This document shows positions 28,736 to 40,164 of a stretch of DNA of 64,000 nt, one piece after another; position 1 is the first letter of the stretch; every line of letters begins with the position of its first letter. Location of the stretch: NCBI RefSeq assembly GCF_056746865.1, contig NZ_CM163382.1. One strand, given 5' to 3'. The notes beneath the pieces were generated by a model, which made no database searches, was not told the origin of the DNA, and saw only the letters and a list, made by a program, of their open reading frames with translations. The position numbers and the translations under genes are program-made.

Positions 28736-29659
28736 ATGAGAAAGACGGGCAACCGCCGCGAGCGTGGGGCAAAAACCACCATCGTCCGGCGGCAGATCAA
28801 AAAAAATCATGCCGGGCATCACGGCGGGGCGTGGAAGGTGGCGTTCGCCGACTTTACTTTGGCAATGATGGCGCTATTTATGACGCTGTGGATTGTCAAC
28901 AGCGTCAGTAAATCCGAGCGTGAAAGCATTATCGCCGCGCTGCACGGGCAGTCGATTTTTAACGGTGGCGGGCTGTCGCCGTTAAATAAAATCAGACCGT
29001 CTCATCCGCCAAAACCTGCCACCGTGGCGGTGCCGGAAGAGACGGAGAAAAAAGCGCATGACGTCAACGAGAAAACGGCGCTGCTGAAGAAGAAATCCGC
29101 TACTGAGCTTGGCGAGCTGGCAACCAGTATCAACACCATTGCCCGTGATGCGCATATGGAAGCGAATCTGGAGATGGAGATTGTTCCCCAGGGACTGCGC
29201 GTGCTGATTAAAGATGACCAGAACCGCAATATGTTTGAACGCGGCAGCGCGCAGATTATGCCGTTCTTTAAAACTTTGCTGGTGGAGTTAGCACCGGTTT
29301 TTGATTCGCTCGACAATAAGATCATCATCACCGGGCATACCGATGCGATGGCCTACAAAAACAATATCTACAACAACTGGAACCTTTCGGGCGATCGCGC
29401 GCTTTCAGCTCGTCGGGTGCTGGAAGAGGCCGGAATGCCGGAAGATAAAGTGATGCAGGTAAGTGCAATGGCGGACCAGATGCTGCTGGATGCCAAAAAT
29501 CCGCAAAGCGCGGGCAACCGGCGCATTGAGATTATGGTGCTGACCAAAAGTGCGTCCGATACGCTGTATCAATACTTTGGTCAGCATGGGGATAAAGTGG
29601 TGCAACCGCTGGTGCAAAAGCTGGATAAGCAGCAGGTGCTTTCGCAGCGAACGCGTTAA
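28736..29659 (+). CDS. lafU: Flagellar motor stator protein MotB-like (OmpA-type peptidoglycan-binding domain)
   Basis: The ATG at 28736 follows the lafT stop. It has a TM helix (FADFTLAMMALFMTLWIV) and a C-terminal OmpA-like motif (NWNLSGDRALSARRV). Confidence 0.85.
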   Translation: MRKTGNRRERGAKTTIVRRQIKKNHAGHHGGAWKVAFADFTLAMMALFMTLWIVNSVSKSERESIIAALHGQSIFNGGGLSPLNKIRPSHPPKPATVAVPEETEKKAHDVNEKTALLKKKSATELGELATSINTIARDAHMEANLEMEIVPQGLRVLIKDDQNRNMFERGSAQIMPFFKTLLVELAPVFDSLDNKIIITGHTDAMAYKNNIYNNWNLSGDRALSARRVLEEAGMPEDKVMQVSAMADQMLLDAKNPQSAGNRRIEIMVLTKSASDTLYQYFGQHGDKVVQPLVQKLDKQQVLSQRTR

Positions 29660-29697
29660 ATGCTGAATCTTTATGCATTTCTCAAACTCTGAAATCA

Positions 29698-29713
29698 CTG
29701 TATACTTTACCAG
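29698..29713. promoter_or_regulatory. LexA (SOS) box upstream of dinB
   Basis: CTGTATACTTTACCAG matches the CTG-N10-CAG SOS box, about 17 nt upstream of the dinB ATG. Confidence 0.85.
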
Positions 29714-29729
29714 TGTTGAGAGGTGAGCA

Positions 29730-30785
29730 ATGCGTAAAATCATTCATGTGGATATGGACTGCTTTTTCGCAGCGGTGGAGATGCGCGACAATCCTGCCCT
29801 GCGCGATATCCCTATTGCTATTGGCGGCAGCCGCGAACGTCGGGGGGTGATCAGCACCGCCAATTATCCCGCGCGTAAATTTGGCGTACGTAGCGCTATG
29901 CCGACAGGGATGGCGCTCAAATTTTGCCCACATCTCACGCTGCTTCCAGGGCGCTTTGACGCCTACAAAGAAGCCTCAAATCATATCCGCGAAATTTTCT
30001 CGCGCTATACCTCGCGCATTGAACCGTTATCACTGGATGAAGCCTATCTCGACGTCACCGATAGTGTGCATTGCCACGGTTCTGCGACCCTCATCGCCCA
30101 GGAAATCCGCCAGACAATCTTCAACGAGCTGCAACTGACGGCGTCTGCGGGCGTTGCGCCGGTAAAGTTTCTCGCTAAAATCGCTTCCGACATGAATAAA
30201 CCCAACGGTCAGTTTGTGATTACTCCGGCAGAAGTTCCGGCATTTCTGCAAACCTTACCGCTGGCAAAAATTCCTGGCGTCGGCAAAGTCTCGGCGGCAA
30301 AACTGGAAGCGATGGGGCTGCGGACCTGCGGTGATGTGCAAAAGTGTGATCTGGTGACTCTGCTCAAACGTTTTGGCAAATTTGGCCGCATTTTGTGGGA
30401 GCGTAGTCAGGGGATTGACGAGCGCGACGTTAACAGCGAACGGTTGCGAAAATCCGTCGGCGTGGAACGCACGATGGCGGAAGATATTCATCACTGGTCT
30501 GAATGTGAAGCGATTATCGAGCGGCTGTACCCGGAACTTGAACGCCGTCTGGCAAAGGTAAAACCTGATTTACTGATTGCCCGTCAGGGAGTGAAATTAA
30601 AGTTCGACGATTTCCAGCAAACCACTCAGGAGCACGTCTGGCCACGGCTGAATAAAGCTGATCTAATCGCCACCGCGCGTAAAACCTGGGATGAACGCCG
30701 CGGCGGGCGCGGTGTGCGACTGGTGGGGCTGCATGTGACGTTGCTTGACCCTCAAATGGAAAGACAACTGGTGCTGGGATTATGA
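29730..30785 (+). CDS. dinB: DNA polymerase IV (Y-family translesion polymerase)
   Basis: 351 aa with the Y-family N-terminus [26 protein letters not shown]. Confidence 0.95.
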   Translation: MRKIIHVDMDCFFAAVEMRDNPALRDIPIAIGGSRERRGVISTANYPARKFGVRSAMPTGMALKFCPHLTLLPGRFDAYKEASNHIREIFSRYTSRIEPLSLDEAYLDVTDSVHCHGSATLIAQEIRQTIFNELQLTASAGVAPVKFLAKIASDMNKPNGQFVITPAEVPAFLQTLPLAKIPGVGKVSAAKLEAMGLRTCGDVQKCDLVTLLKRFGKFGRILWERSQGIDERDVNSERLRKSVGVERTMAEDIHHWSECEAIIERLYPELERRLAKVKPDLLIARQGVKLKFDDFQQTTQEHVWPRLNKADLIATARKTWDERRGGRGVRLVGLHVTLLDPQMERQLVLGL

Positions 30786-30836
30786 TGTATACTATTATGT
30801 CTATTCTGGTGTGCATTATTATGAGGGGATCACTGT

Positions 30837-31130
30837 ATGCATCGAATTCTTGCGGAAAAATCGGTCAATATCACTGAGTTACGTAAAAACCCAGCTAAAT
30901 ACTTTATTGATCAACCAGTTGCGGTTCTTTCTAATAATCGCCCCGCAGGATATCTCTTAAGTGCCAGCGCATTCGAAGCGTTAATGGACATGCTTGCTGA
31001 ACAAGAGGAGAAAAAGCCTATAAAGGCGCGCTTCCGTCCAAGTGCTGCAAGATTAGAGGAAATTACACGCCGAGCTGAAAAATATCTTAATGATATGACG
31101 GATGATGATTTCAATGACTTTAAGGAATAA
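30837..31130 (+). CDS. yafN: Antitoxin YafN (Phd/YefM family)
   Basis: 97 aa, immediately upstream of the yafO reading frame. Confidence 0.85.
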   Translation: MHRILAEKSVNITELRKNPAKYFIDQPVAVLSNNRPAGYLLSASAFEALMDMLAEQEEKKPIKARFRPSAARLEEITRRAEKYLNDMTDDDFNDFKE

Positions 31131-31132
31131 GG

Positions 31133-31531
31133 ATGCGGGTATTCAAAACAAAACTCATTCGCCTGCAACTTACAGCAGAGGAACTTGAAGCGTTAACGGC
31201 GGATTTTATTTCCTATAAGCGTGACGGTGTTTTGCCAGATATATTTGGTCGCGATGCACTCTACGACGACTCGTTTACCTGGCCATTAATCAAATTTGAG
31301 CGAGTTGCTCATATTCATCTGGCAAATTAGAATAATCCATTTCCGCCACAGTTGCGCCAATTCAGCAGAACGAATGACGAAGCGCATTTGGTATATTGTC
31401 AGGGTGCGTTTGATGAGCAAGCATGGTTGCTCATTGCCATTCTGAAACCTGAACCTCATAAACTGGCTCGAGATAACAACCAAATGCATAAAATTGGGAA
31501 AATGGCAGAAGCGTTTCGCATGCGTTTTTGA
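31133..31531 (+). pseudogene. yafO: yafO toxin gene interrupted by an in-frame amber codon at codon 66
   Basis: The frame stops at TAG (31328..31330). The same frame then stays open for 66 more codons to TGA at 31529..31531, giving the 132-codon length expected for YafO. Confidence 0.6.
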
Positions 31532-31540
31532 ATTTATATT

Positions 31541-31993
31541 ATGAATAACATACATATAAGAAACTATCAGCCTGGCGATTTTCAGCAACTATGCGCTATT
31601 TTCCTTCGAGCGGTTACGATGACTGCCAGTCAGCACTATTCTCCACAGCAAATTGCCGCCTGGGCGCAGATTGACGAATCTCGCTGGAAAGATAAACTCG
31701 CGAAATCACAAGTGCGGGTTGCAGTCATTAATGCACAACCGGTTGGTTTTATTTCCCGCATTGAACATTATATCGATATGTTATTTGTTGACCCTGAATA
31801 CACCCGCCGTGGGGTTGCCAGCGCTTTGTTAAAACCTTTGATTAAGTCTGAATCCGAACTTACGGTGGACGCCAGCATAACCGCAAAGCCCTTTTTTGAA
31901 CGTTATGGTTTTCAGACAGTTAAGCAGCAGTGCGTTGAATGCCGGGGAGCGTGGTTTACTAATTTTTATATGCGATATAAACCGCAACATTAA
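31541..31993 (+). CDS. yafP: GNAT-family N-acetyltransferase YafP
   Basis: 150 aa in the dinB-yafNOP operon position. Confidence 0.8.
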   Translation: MNNIHIRNYQPGDFQQLCAIFLRAVTMTASQHYSPQQIAAWAQIDESRWKDKLAKSQVRVAVINAQPVGFISRIEHYIDMLFVDPEYTRRGVASALLKPLIKSESELTVDASITAKPFFERYGFQTVKQQCVECRGAWFTNFYMRYKPQH

Positions 31994-32171
31994 ATCCAGC
32001 TTGCAATGAAAATAACGCCCGCCTAGTATGTGCGCGTTTTCTTATTCCACAAACTGCAAGGAGGTAAATCATGACAAATCCTTTATCAATGACTCTTTGC
32101 AGACCTTTCCAGGATTAATTCTTTTTTTCTTGCCCTGGATTCGTCTGCCATTTCCTGATTTTTATTCATAA

Positions 32172-33323
32172 ATGGAATGGTTTATGGGCAAATATATTCG
32201 TCCCTTATCCGATGCGGTATTTACCATCGCATCTGATGACCTGTGGATCGAGAGTTTAGCGATCCAACAATTACACACCACGGCAAATTTACCCAACATG
32301 CAGCGCGTAGTAGGGATGCCAGATTTACATCCCGGACGCGGCTACCCGATTGGCGCAGCGTTCTTCTCCGCAGGCCGTTTTTACCCGGCACTGGTCGGCA
32401 ATGATATCGGCTGCGGCATGGCGCTATGGCAAACAGATATTCTCGCTCGCAAATACAACGCCGATAAGTTTGAAAAGCGATTATCAGCTTTGGATGACGT
32501 TGCTGAAGAAAGCTGGCTGGAGGAAAACCTGCCGTCAGCATTTGCACAGCATCCGTGGCGCAGCTCGCTTGGCTCTATCGGTGGCGGAAACCACTTCGCA
32601 GAACTGCAACAAGTTGATGAAATCATCGACGCTGAACTGTTTGCACTGGCAGGTCTGGATGCGCAGCATCTGCAACTGCTGGTTCATAGCGGCTCGAGGG
32701 GGTTGGGGCAGTCTATTTTACAGCGGCATATTGCCTCGTTTTCGCATCATGGTTTGCCTGAAGGCAGTGACGACGCGCTACGGTATATTGCGGAACATGA
32801 CGATGTGCTAGCGTTTGCGCGTATTAATCGCCAGATGATTGCTTTGCGCATAATGCAACAAGTTAAGGCCACCGGAAGTCCGGTTCTGGATGTGGCGCAT
32901 AACTTTGTTAGCGCGTGCCAAATCGGCGATCAACAGGGTTGGTTGCATCGTAAAGGTGCCACGCCGGATGACAACGGTCTGGTGATTATTCCCGGTTCAC
33001 GCGGTGATTACTCCTGGCTTGTACAGCCTGTTGCGAACGAAAAAACGCTCCACTCGCTGGCGCATGGGGCAGGGCGTAAATGGGGGCGCACCGAGTGTAA
33101 AGGGCGTCTGGCAGCGAAATGCACGGCGACGCAACTCTCGCGTACTGAACTTGGCAGTCGGGTAATTTGTCGCGATAAACAACTCATCTTTGAAGAAGCG
33201 CCACAAGCCTATAAATCGGCTGAAAGCGTGGTGCAATGTCTGGTGCAAGCCGGTTTAATTATTCCTGTCGCGCGGCTGCGTCCGGTGCTAACGCTCAAAA
33301 ACAGTGGAGGGAAAAAAGGATGA
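32172..33323 (+). CDS. rtcB: RtcB-family RNA ligase paralog (partner of PrfH)
   Basis: 383 aa with RtcB-like metal-binding segments ([14 protein letters not shown]; [10 protein letters not shown]). Its stop overlaps the prfH start in an ATGA arrangement. Confidence 0.85.
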   Translation: MEWFMGKYIRPLSDAVFTIASDDLWIESLAIQQLHTTANLPNMQRVVGMPDLHPGRGYPIGAAFFSAGRFYPALVGNDIGCGMALWQTDILARKYNADKFEKRLSALDDVAEESWLEENLPSAFAQHPWRSSLGSIGGGNHFAELQQVDEIIDAELFALAGLDAQHLQLLVHSGSRGLGQSILQRHIASFSHHGLPEGSDDALRYIAEHDDVLAFARINRQMIALRIMQQVKATGSPVLDVAHNFVSACQIGDQQGWLHRKGATPDDNGLVIIPGSRGDYSWLVQPVANEKTLHSLAHGAGRKWGRTECKGRLAAKCTATQLSRTELGSRVICRDKQLIFEEAPQAYKSAESVVQCLVQAGLIIPVARLRPVLTLKNSGGKKG

Positions 33324-33934
33324 TCTTGCTACAACTCTCCTCAGCGCAGGGGCCGGAAGAATGTTGCCTCGCAGTGAAAAAGGCGCTGGACAGGTTGATT
33401 AAAGAAGCTACCCGACAAGACGTCGCGATAACGGTGCTGGAAACAGAAACGGGTCGCTACTCTGACACGTTGCGTTCAGCGCTGATTTCTCTGGATGGCG
33501 ATAACGCATGGGCATTAAGCGAAAGTTGGTGCGGCACTATCCAGTGGATTTGTCCGAGTCCGTATCGGCCTCATCATGGGCGCAAAAACTGGTTTCTGGG
33601 CATTGGGCGTTTTACTGCTGATGAGCAGGAACAATCGGATGCAATCCGTTATGAGACGCTGCGTTCGTCGGGGCCGGGCGGTCAACATGTCAATAAAACC
33701 GACTCGGCGGTACGCGCCACGCATCTGGCATCCGGGATTAGCGTGAAGGTTCAGTCAGAGCGCAGCCAACATGCCAACAAACGGCTGGCGCGATTGCTGA
33801 TTGCCTGGAAGCTGGAGCAACAGCAACAGGAAAATAGCGCGGCGCTGAAATCGCAGCGGCGAATGTTCCATCACCAGATTGAACGTGGCAACCCGCGACG
33901 AACGTTTACAGGGATGGCTTTTGTCGCTGTGTAA
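33320..33934 (+). CDS. prfH: Peptide chain release factor homolog PrfH (GGQ motif)
   Basis: 204 aa with [16 protein letters not shown], the class-I release-factor GGQ motif. The start overlaps the rtcB stop. Confidence 0.85.
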   Translation: MILLQLSSAQGPEECCLAVKKALDRLIKEATRQDVAITVLETETGRYSDTLRSALISLDGDNAWALSESWCGTIQWICPSPYRPHHGRKNWFLGIGRFTADEQEQSDAIRYETLRSSGPGGQHVNKTDSAVRATHLASGISVKVQSERSQHANKRLARLLIAWKLEQQQQENSAALKSQRRMFHHQIERGNPRRTFTGMAFVAV

Positions 33935-33995
33935 TTGAGGAATGTCTCCCGCCGTTTTCTATATGAAAGCGGCGGGAAAAACGAAAGGAATAGTC

Positions 33996-34505
33996 ATGTT
34001 TATCGGTCATCTTCCGGCTGGTTATTTAATAACTTGTACTTTAATGAAACGCTTGCCACTGATTGCTCGTCATGCGCGCTGGGCGATGGTTATTGGCTTA
34101 CTTGGGGCCGTTGCGCCCGATTTTGATCTTTTTTGGTGCTATCTGGTTGATAACGGGCAACGACATCATCATCTTTACCCGTCTCATTGGCCATTATTAT
34201 GGTTTGCTCTGCTGGCGGCGACATTAGTCTGGGCAGGAATTGCGAAGAATAAACTTCCGGCGTGGCTGGGCGTGGTGTTTTGCCTGAATAGTATCGCGCA
34301 TTTATTACTCGATACGCTGGTCGGTGATATCTGGTGGCTGATGCCTTTCGTTAACCAACCGTTTGCATTCTTTCATATTACGGCGGTACATCATCCGTGG
34401 TGGCTCAATTTTTTATTACACTGGTCGTTTTTACTGGAACTGGCATTAGTGGTTGCCGCCATTGCCATGTGGTGCAGGCGTAATGCCAAAATGGTAAATG
34501 CATGA
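33996..34505 (+). CDS. Inner-membrane protein, YdjM/DUF457-like membrane-bound hydrolase family
   Basis: About 169 aa from MFIGHLPAGYLI, with several TM helices and His-rich motifs. The ORF track's upstream extension is probably spurious. Confidence 0.5.
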   Translation: MFIGHLPAGYLITCTLMKRLPLIARHARWAMVIGLLGAVAPDFDLFWCYLVDNGQRHHHLYPSHWPLLWFALLAATLVWAGIAKNKLPAWLGVVFCLNSIAHLLLDTLVGDIWWLMPFVNQPFAFFHITAVHHPWWLNFLLHWSFLLELALVVAAIAMWCRRNAKMVNA

Positions 34506-34521
34506 AAAAATTATTCTGACT

Positions 34522-34803
34522 TTAAGCGGCGTAACATGTTTCCTGGGGAAATTCTCCCGTGGTTAAGTATGCTCTCCTGACTTTGCCCCAGGCTCTGAAC
34601 ATATAAAATTTCTGCTTTTCACCCTTAAGTTCTTTCACGGATTCCAGCGCAAAACCTTCTTTGGTGATCAGAAATTCTCCCCATGAAATATGGTCGCAGC
34701 TATATAAATATGCGACCTTTTCATGAGTTTCATAATGTTTTGTTATTTCGATATAGATAGCCATTGGCTTCAAACAGTAGTCCACGCCCGCAGGCGTGGA
34801 CAT
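34522..34803 (-). CDS. Hypothetical small protein
   Basis: 93-aa ORF in the gap between the membrane-protein gene and pepD. No motif recognised. Confidence 0.25.
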   Translation of the reverse strand: MSTPAGVDYCLKPMAIYIEITKHYETHEKVAYLYSCDHISWGEFLITKEGFALESVKELKGEKQKFYMFRAWGKVRRAYLTTGEFPQETCYAA

Positions 34804-34811
34804 TATTGTAA

Positions 34812-36269
34812 TTACTTCGCCGGAATTTCTTTCAGCAGTTCAGTCAGTAGTGTCCAGTAATGACCTACGCTTTCGATGTGAACTTGCTCATCCGGAGAGT
34901 GTGGACCGGTGATGGTTGGCCCGATAGAAACCATGTCCATTTCCGGATACGGTTTTTTGAACAGACCACATTCCAGGCCCGCGTGGATAATCTGGATGTT
35001 CGGCGTCTTGTTGAACAGACGCTGATAAGTTTCACGTACCAGATGCATCACCGGAGAATTAGCGTCCGGCTGCCAGCCAGGATATGCGCCTTTCGCTTCG
35101 GTTTTCGCGCCAGCCAGTTTACCCAGCGAATCCAGCATGCTCACCACGTAGTCTTTACCGCTGTCGATCAGAGAACGGATCAGGCAGTGAATTTCTACGT
35201 TATTGTCAGTCATGGTCACCACACCGACGTTCAGGGAGGTTTCCACCACACCTTTTGCCACATCGGAATTGCGGATCACACCGTTCGGGGTGGCGTTCAG
35301 CAGACGAATAAAGGTATCGCGAGATTTCGCAATCAGGGCAGCTTTATCGTTCGCAACAGAGTCCAGCAGCAATGCCAGATTTTTCTCTTTCTCTGCCAGC
35401 TCGTTTTTCAGGATTTCCTGATAGGTATTCACCAGAGATTTCAGGGCGTCGACTTTATCAGCTGCGACAGCAATGGTCGCAAAGGCTTCACGCGGGATGG
35501 CGTTACGCAGTGTGCCACCGTTGAAATCGATAAGGCGCAGGTCCAGCTCTTCTGCATGACCCGCCAGGAAGCGCACCAGCAGTTTGTTGGCATTACCCAG
35601 GCCAACGTGGATTTCACCGCCGGAGTGACCGCCTTTTAGACCTTTTAAGGTTAACTTGAAGGTTTCAAAACCAGCTGGAACTGCTTCACGATCTAAATGC
35701 AGGTTGGAGGTGAAGTCGATACCCCCCGCGCAACCCATGTAGATTTCACCTTCCTCTTCGGAGTCGGTGTTAATCAGAATATCAGCCTGCAACCAGTTGC
35801 TCTGTAAGCCAAAAGCACCATCCATACCGGCTTCTTCGGTCATGGTCAGCAGCACTTCCAGCGGGCCGTGAACCACGTTTTCGTCAGCCAGAACCGCCAG
35901 CGCAGACGCCATACCAATGCCGTTATCCGCACCCAGCGTGGTGCCGCGCGCTTTAACCCATTCGCCATCAATATAAGGCTGGATAGGATCTTTAGTGAAG
36001 TCATGCACGGTGTCGTTATTTTTCTGCGGCACCATATCGAGGTGGGCCTGCAAGACGACCGGTTTACGATTTTCCATACCTGCGGTAGCAGGTTTACGAA
36101 TCAGGATATTACCTACCTGATCGCGTTCGACATGGAAACCTTTCTCTTTTGCCCAACCAACAATGTATTCAGCGAGTTGCTCTTCATGATAGGACGGGTG
36201 AGGAATAGAACAGATTTTGGCAAAAATATCCCACAGCGGCTGTGGAGATAATTGAGACAGTTCAGACAC
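34812..36269 (-). CDS. pepD: Cytosol nonspecific dipeptidase (aminoacyl-histidine dipeptidase)
   Basis: 485 aa with M20-family metal-binding motifs, in the conserved pepD-gpt-frsA-crl-phoE-proBA neighbourhood. Confidence 0.93.
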   Translation of the reverse strand: MSELSQLSPQPLWDIFAKICSIPHPSYHEEQLAEYIVGWAKEKGFHVERDQVGNILIRKPATAGMENRKPVVLQAHLDMVPQKNNDTVHDFTKDPIQPYIDGEWVKARGTTLGADNGIGMASALAVLADENVVHGPLEVLLTMTEEAGMDGAFGLQSNWLQADILINTDSEEEGEIYMGCAGGIDFTSNLHLDREAVPAGFETFKLTLKGLKGGHSGGEIHVGLGNANKLLVRFLAGHAEELDLRLIDFNGGTLRNAIPREAFATIAVAADKVDALKSLVNTYQEILKNELAEKEKNLALLLDSVANDKAALIAKSRDTFIRLLNATPNGVIRNSDVAKGVVETSLNVGVVTMTDNNVEIHCLIRSLIDSGKDYVVSMLDSLGKLAGAKTEAKGAYPGWQPDANSPVMHLVRETYQRLFNKTPNIQIIHAGLECGLFKKPYPEMDMVSIGPTITGPHSPDEQVHIESVGHYWTLLTELLKEIPAK

Positions 36270-36529
36270 GTTAAGTCTCCTTGTCGATCACCCGCAAAAC
36301 AGTATTGCAGGTCACAGGGTTAGCAGAAAATGTTGTCAACACAAGACAGGCTTGCGAGATATGTTTGAGAATACCACTTTATCCCGCGTCAGGGAGAGGC
36401 AGTGCGTAAAAAGACGCGGACTCATGTGAAATACTGGTTTTTAGTGCGCCAGATCTCTATAATCTCGCGCAACCTATTTTCCCCTCGAACACTTTTTAAG
36501 CCGTAGATAAACAGGCTGGGACACTTCAC

Positions 36530-36988
36530 ATGAGCGAAAAATACATCGTCACCTGGGACATGTTGCAGATCCATGCACGTAAACTCGCAAGCCGACTGAT
36601 GCCTTCTGAACAATGGAAAGGCATTATTGCCGTAAGCCGTGGCGGTCTGGTACCGGGTGCGTTACTGGCGCGTGAACTGGGTATTCGTCATGTCGATACC
36701 GTTTGTATTTCCAGCTATGATCACGACAACCAGCGCGAGCTTAAAGTGCTAAAACGCGCAGAAGGCGATGGCGAAGGCTTCATCGTTATTGATGACCTGG
36801 TGGATACCGGTGGCACTGCGGTTGCGATTCGTGAAATGTATCCAAAAGCGCACTTTGTCACCATCTTCGCAAAACCGGCTGGTCGTCCGCTGGTTGATGA
36901 TTATGTTGTTGATATCCCGCAAGATACCTGGATCGAACAACCGTGGGATATGGGCGTCGTATTCGTCCCGCCAATCTCCGGTCGCTAA
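36530..36988 (+). CDS. gpt: Xanthine-guanine phosphoribosyltransferase
   Basis: 152 aa with the PRPP-binding motif [14 protein letters not shown]. Confidence 0.95.
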
Positions 36989-37079
36989 TCTTTTCAACGC
37001 CTGGCACTGCCGGGCGTTGTTCTTTTTAACTTCAGGCAGGTTACAATAGTTTCCAGTAAGTATTCTGGAGGCTGCATCC

Positions 37080-38324
37080 ATGACACAGGCAAACCTGAGC
37101 GAAACCCTGTTCAAACCCCGCTTTAAACATCCTGAAACCTCGACGCTAGTTCGCCGCTTTAATCACGGCGCACAACCGCCTGTGCAGTCGGCCCTTGATG
37201 GTAAAACCATCCCTCACTGGTATCGCATGATTAACCGTCTGATGTGGATCTGGCGCGGCATTGACCCACGTGAAATCCTCGACGTCCAGGCACGTATTGT
37301 GATGAGCGATGCCGAACGTACCGACGATGATTTATACGATACGGTGATTGGCTACCGTGGTGGCAACTGGATTTATGAGTGGGCCACCCAGGCGATGGTG
37401 TGGCAACAAAAAGCCTGTGCGGAAGAAGATCCGCAACTCAGTGGTCGTCACTGGCTGCATGCGGCTACGTTGTACAACATTGCCGCCTATCCTCATCTGA
37501 AAGGAGATGACCTGGCCGAGCAAGCGCAGGCTTTGTCAAACCGCGCCTATGAAGAGGCCGCTCAGCGTCTGCCGGGCACCATGCGGCAGATGGAGTTTAC
37601 CGTACCCGGCGGTGCGCCCATCACCGGCTTTTTGCATATGCCGAAAGGCGATGGCCCGTTCCCGACAGTATTAATGTGTGGTGGTCTGGATGCGATGCAG
37701 ACGGACTATTACAGCCTGTATGAACGTTATTTTGCGCCGCGCGGCATTGCGATGCTGACTATTGATATGCCGTCGGTGGGCTTTTCTTCAAAATGGAAGC
37801 TCACCCAGGACTCCAGCCTGTTGCATCAGCACGTCTTAAAGGCGCTGCCTAACGTACCGTGGGTAGATCACACTCGCGTCGCGGCCTTTGGTTTCCGTTT
37901 CGGCGCTAACGTTGCCGTGCGTCTGGCATACCTTGAATCGCCGCGTCTGAAAGCGGTTGCCTGTCTTGGTCCGGTAGTTCATACCCTGTTGAGTGATTTT
38001 AAGTGCCAGCAACAGGTGCCGGAAATGTATCTTGACGTTCTGGCGAGTCGTTTGGGTATGCATGATGCTTCCGACGAAGCGTTACGCGTGGAGTTGAATC
38101 GCTATTCATTAAAAGTGCAAGGATTGCTGGGACGTCGTTGCCCAACGCCAATGTTATCAGGCTACTGGAAGAACGATCCGTTCAGCCCGGAAGAGGACTC
38201 ACGCTTAATCACCTCATCAACTGCTGACGGTAAATTGTTAGAGATCCCATTTAACCCGGTGTATCGGAATTTTGACAAAGGTCTTCAGGAAATCACCGAC
38301 TGGATCGAAAAACGATTGTGTTAA
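37080..38324 (+). CDS. frsA: Esterase FrsA (fermentation/respiration switch protein)
   Basis: 414 aa alpha/beta-hydrolase, in conserved synteny. Confidence 0.9.
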   Translation: MTQANLSETLFKPRFKHPETSTLVRRFNHGAQPPVQSALDGKTIPHWYRMINRLMWIWRGIDPREILDVQARIVMSDAERTDDDLYDTVIGYRGGNWIYEWATQAMVWQQKACAEEDPQLSGRHWLHAATLYNIAAYPHLKGDDLAEQAQALSNRAYEEAAQRLPGTMRQMEFTVPGGAPITGFLHMPKGDGPFPTVLMCGGLDAMQTDYYSLYERYFAPRGIAMLTIDMPSVGFSSKWKLTQDSSLLHQHVLKALPNVPWVDHTRVAAFGFRFGANVAVRLAYLESPRLKAVACLGPVVHTLLSDFKCQQQVPEMYLDVLASRLGMHDASDEALRVELNRYSLKVQGLLGRRCPTPMLSGYWKNDPFSPEEDSRLITSSTADGKLLEIPFNPVYRNFDKGLQEITDWIEKRLC

Positions 38325-38783
<459 letters not shown>

Positions 38784-38821
38784 GTGAAATGTGCCGGATG
38801 CATCACATCCGGCAATATCCA

Positions 38822-39877
38822 TTAAAACTGATAGGTCATGCCAACCGCGACAATATCATCATTATTGATGTTCAGCTTATTATCGCTATCCAGTTGGTTT
38901 ATTTTATAATCAACAAATGCCGACATATTTTTGTTGAAATAATACGTAGCACCAACATCGATATAATTGACCAGATCTTCATCACCGATGCCTTCAATAT
39001 CTTTCCCTTTCGATAAGACATAACCCAGCGACGGACGCAGACCAAAGTCAAACTGGTATTGGGCGACCGCTTCAAAGTTCTGTGTCTTATTGGCAAAGCC
39101 GCCAGTTATTGGCGTCATTTTGCGTGTTTCAGAATAGAAAGTTGCCAGATAAATATTATTGGCATCGTATTTCAGACCTGTTGCCCATGCTTCTGCACGC
39201 TTGCCTGTGCCACGGCTTTGCAGGTTCTGCTCGTTAGTGCGATCGGAGTTGGTATAGGCCCCACTGATGGCGAAATCGCTGCCACCAAAGTCATATGTCA
39301 ATGACGTACCGAAGCCATCGCCGTTTTGCTTTTTAACGTCGCGGTTTTCGTTTTTCCCTTGATATTGCAGGGTTAAGTTCAGGCCATCGATAACGCCGAA
39401 GAAGTCAGTGTTACGGTAAGTGGCCAGACCGCTGGCGCGTTTGGTCATAAAGTTGTCGGTCTGCGCCGAGGAGTCGCCACCAAATTCCGGGAACATATCG
39501 GTCCAGGCTTCCACGTCATACAGCGCGCCCAGGTTACGACCATAATCGAAAGAACCCAAATCTTTATATTTCAACCCGGCAAAAGCGAGACGCGTTTTTT
39601 GCTGTGCAGTATCACTCTCCGCTTTATTACCGGCAAACTCTGCTTCCCAACGACCATAACCAGTCAGTTGATCGTTAATTTGTGTTTCGCCTTTAAAACC
39701 AAAACGGATATAACTCTGGTCGCCATCTTTACTGTCGTTATCACTCATATAATGCATGGCTTTAACTTTGCCATAGACATCCAGTTTATTACCGTCTTTG
39801 TTATATATTTCTGCGGCCTGTACGGATGCAGATGCCACAATGCCCATCACCACTAATGCCAGAGTGCTCTTTTTCAT
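38822..39877 (-). CDS. phoE: Outer-membrane phosphoporin PhoE
   Basis: Signal peptide [21 protein letters not shown], porin beta-barrel and C-terminal Phe. An alternative start lies 2 codons upstream at 39883. Confidence 0.9.
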   Translation of the reverse strand: MKKSTLALVVMGIVASASVQAAEIYNKDGNKLDVYGKVKAMHYMSDNDSKDGDQSYIRFGFKGETQINDQLTGYGRWEAEFAGNKAESDTAQQKTRLAFAGLKYKDLGSFDYGRNLGALYDVEAWTDMFPEFGGDSSAQTDNFMTKRASGLATYRNTDFFGVIDGLNLTLQYQGKNENRDVKKQNGDGFGTSLTYDFGGSDFAISGAYTNSDRTNEQNLQSRGTGKRAEAWATGLKYDANNIYLATFYSETRKMTPITGGFANKTQNFEAVAQYQFDFGLRPSLGYVLSKGKDIEGIGDEDLVNYIDVGATYYFNKNMSAFVDYKINQLDSDNKLNINNDDIVAVGMTYQF

Positions 39878-39950
39878 TTTCATTCCTGATTTTAATTAAC
39901 GCGCGAATATTCAGCGGGAGAGTCCCGTTGAAAACAGGAAAGTTTTTAAC

Positions 39951-39977
39951 CTGAGATTGTTAAAGATATATTACAGA
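39951..39977 (-). promoter_or_regulatory. Pho box (PhoB binding site) in the phoE promoter
   Basis: The minus strand reads CTGTAATATATCTTTAACAATCTCAG, i.e. direct CTGTAAT/CTTTAAC-type repeats upstream of phoE. Confidence 0.7.
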
Positions 39978-40164
39978 TTAATAATATTCTTAAAATGTGG
40001 TAATTTATTAAATCTGTAATAAAAGCGTAAACAACTGCCGCTACGCTTGCTGATCCCGCGCAACAAAACGCCATGCTTTGCTCGCAGATGGTTGGCAACC
40101 GACGACAGTCCTGCTAAAACGTTCGTTTGATATCATTTTTCCTAAAATTGAATGGCAGAGAATC

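Noticed and set aside
34860-35639. 259-aa plus-strand ORF inside pepD
   Set aside because: Antisense to pepD, which is strongly supported.
40078-40164. N-terminal extension of proB in the ORF track
   Set aside because: The ATG at 40165 yields the canonical glutamate 5-kinase N-terminus; the extension is an upstream in-frame read.
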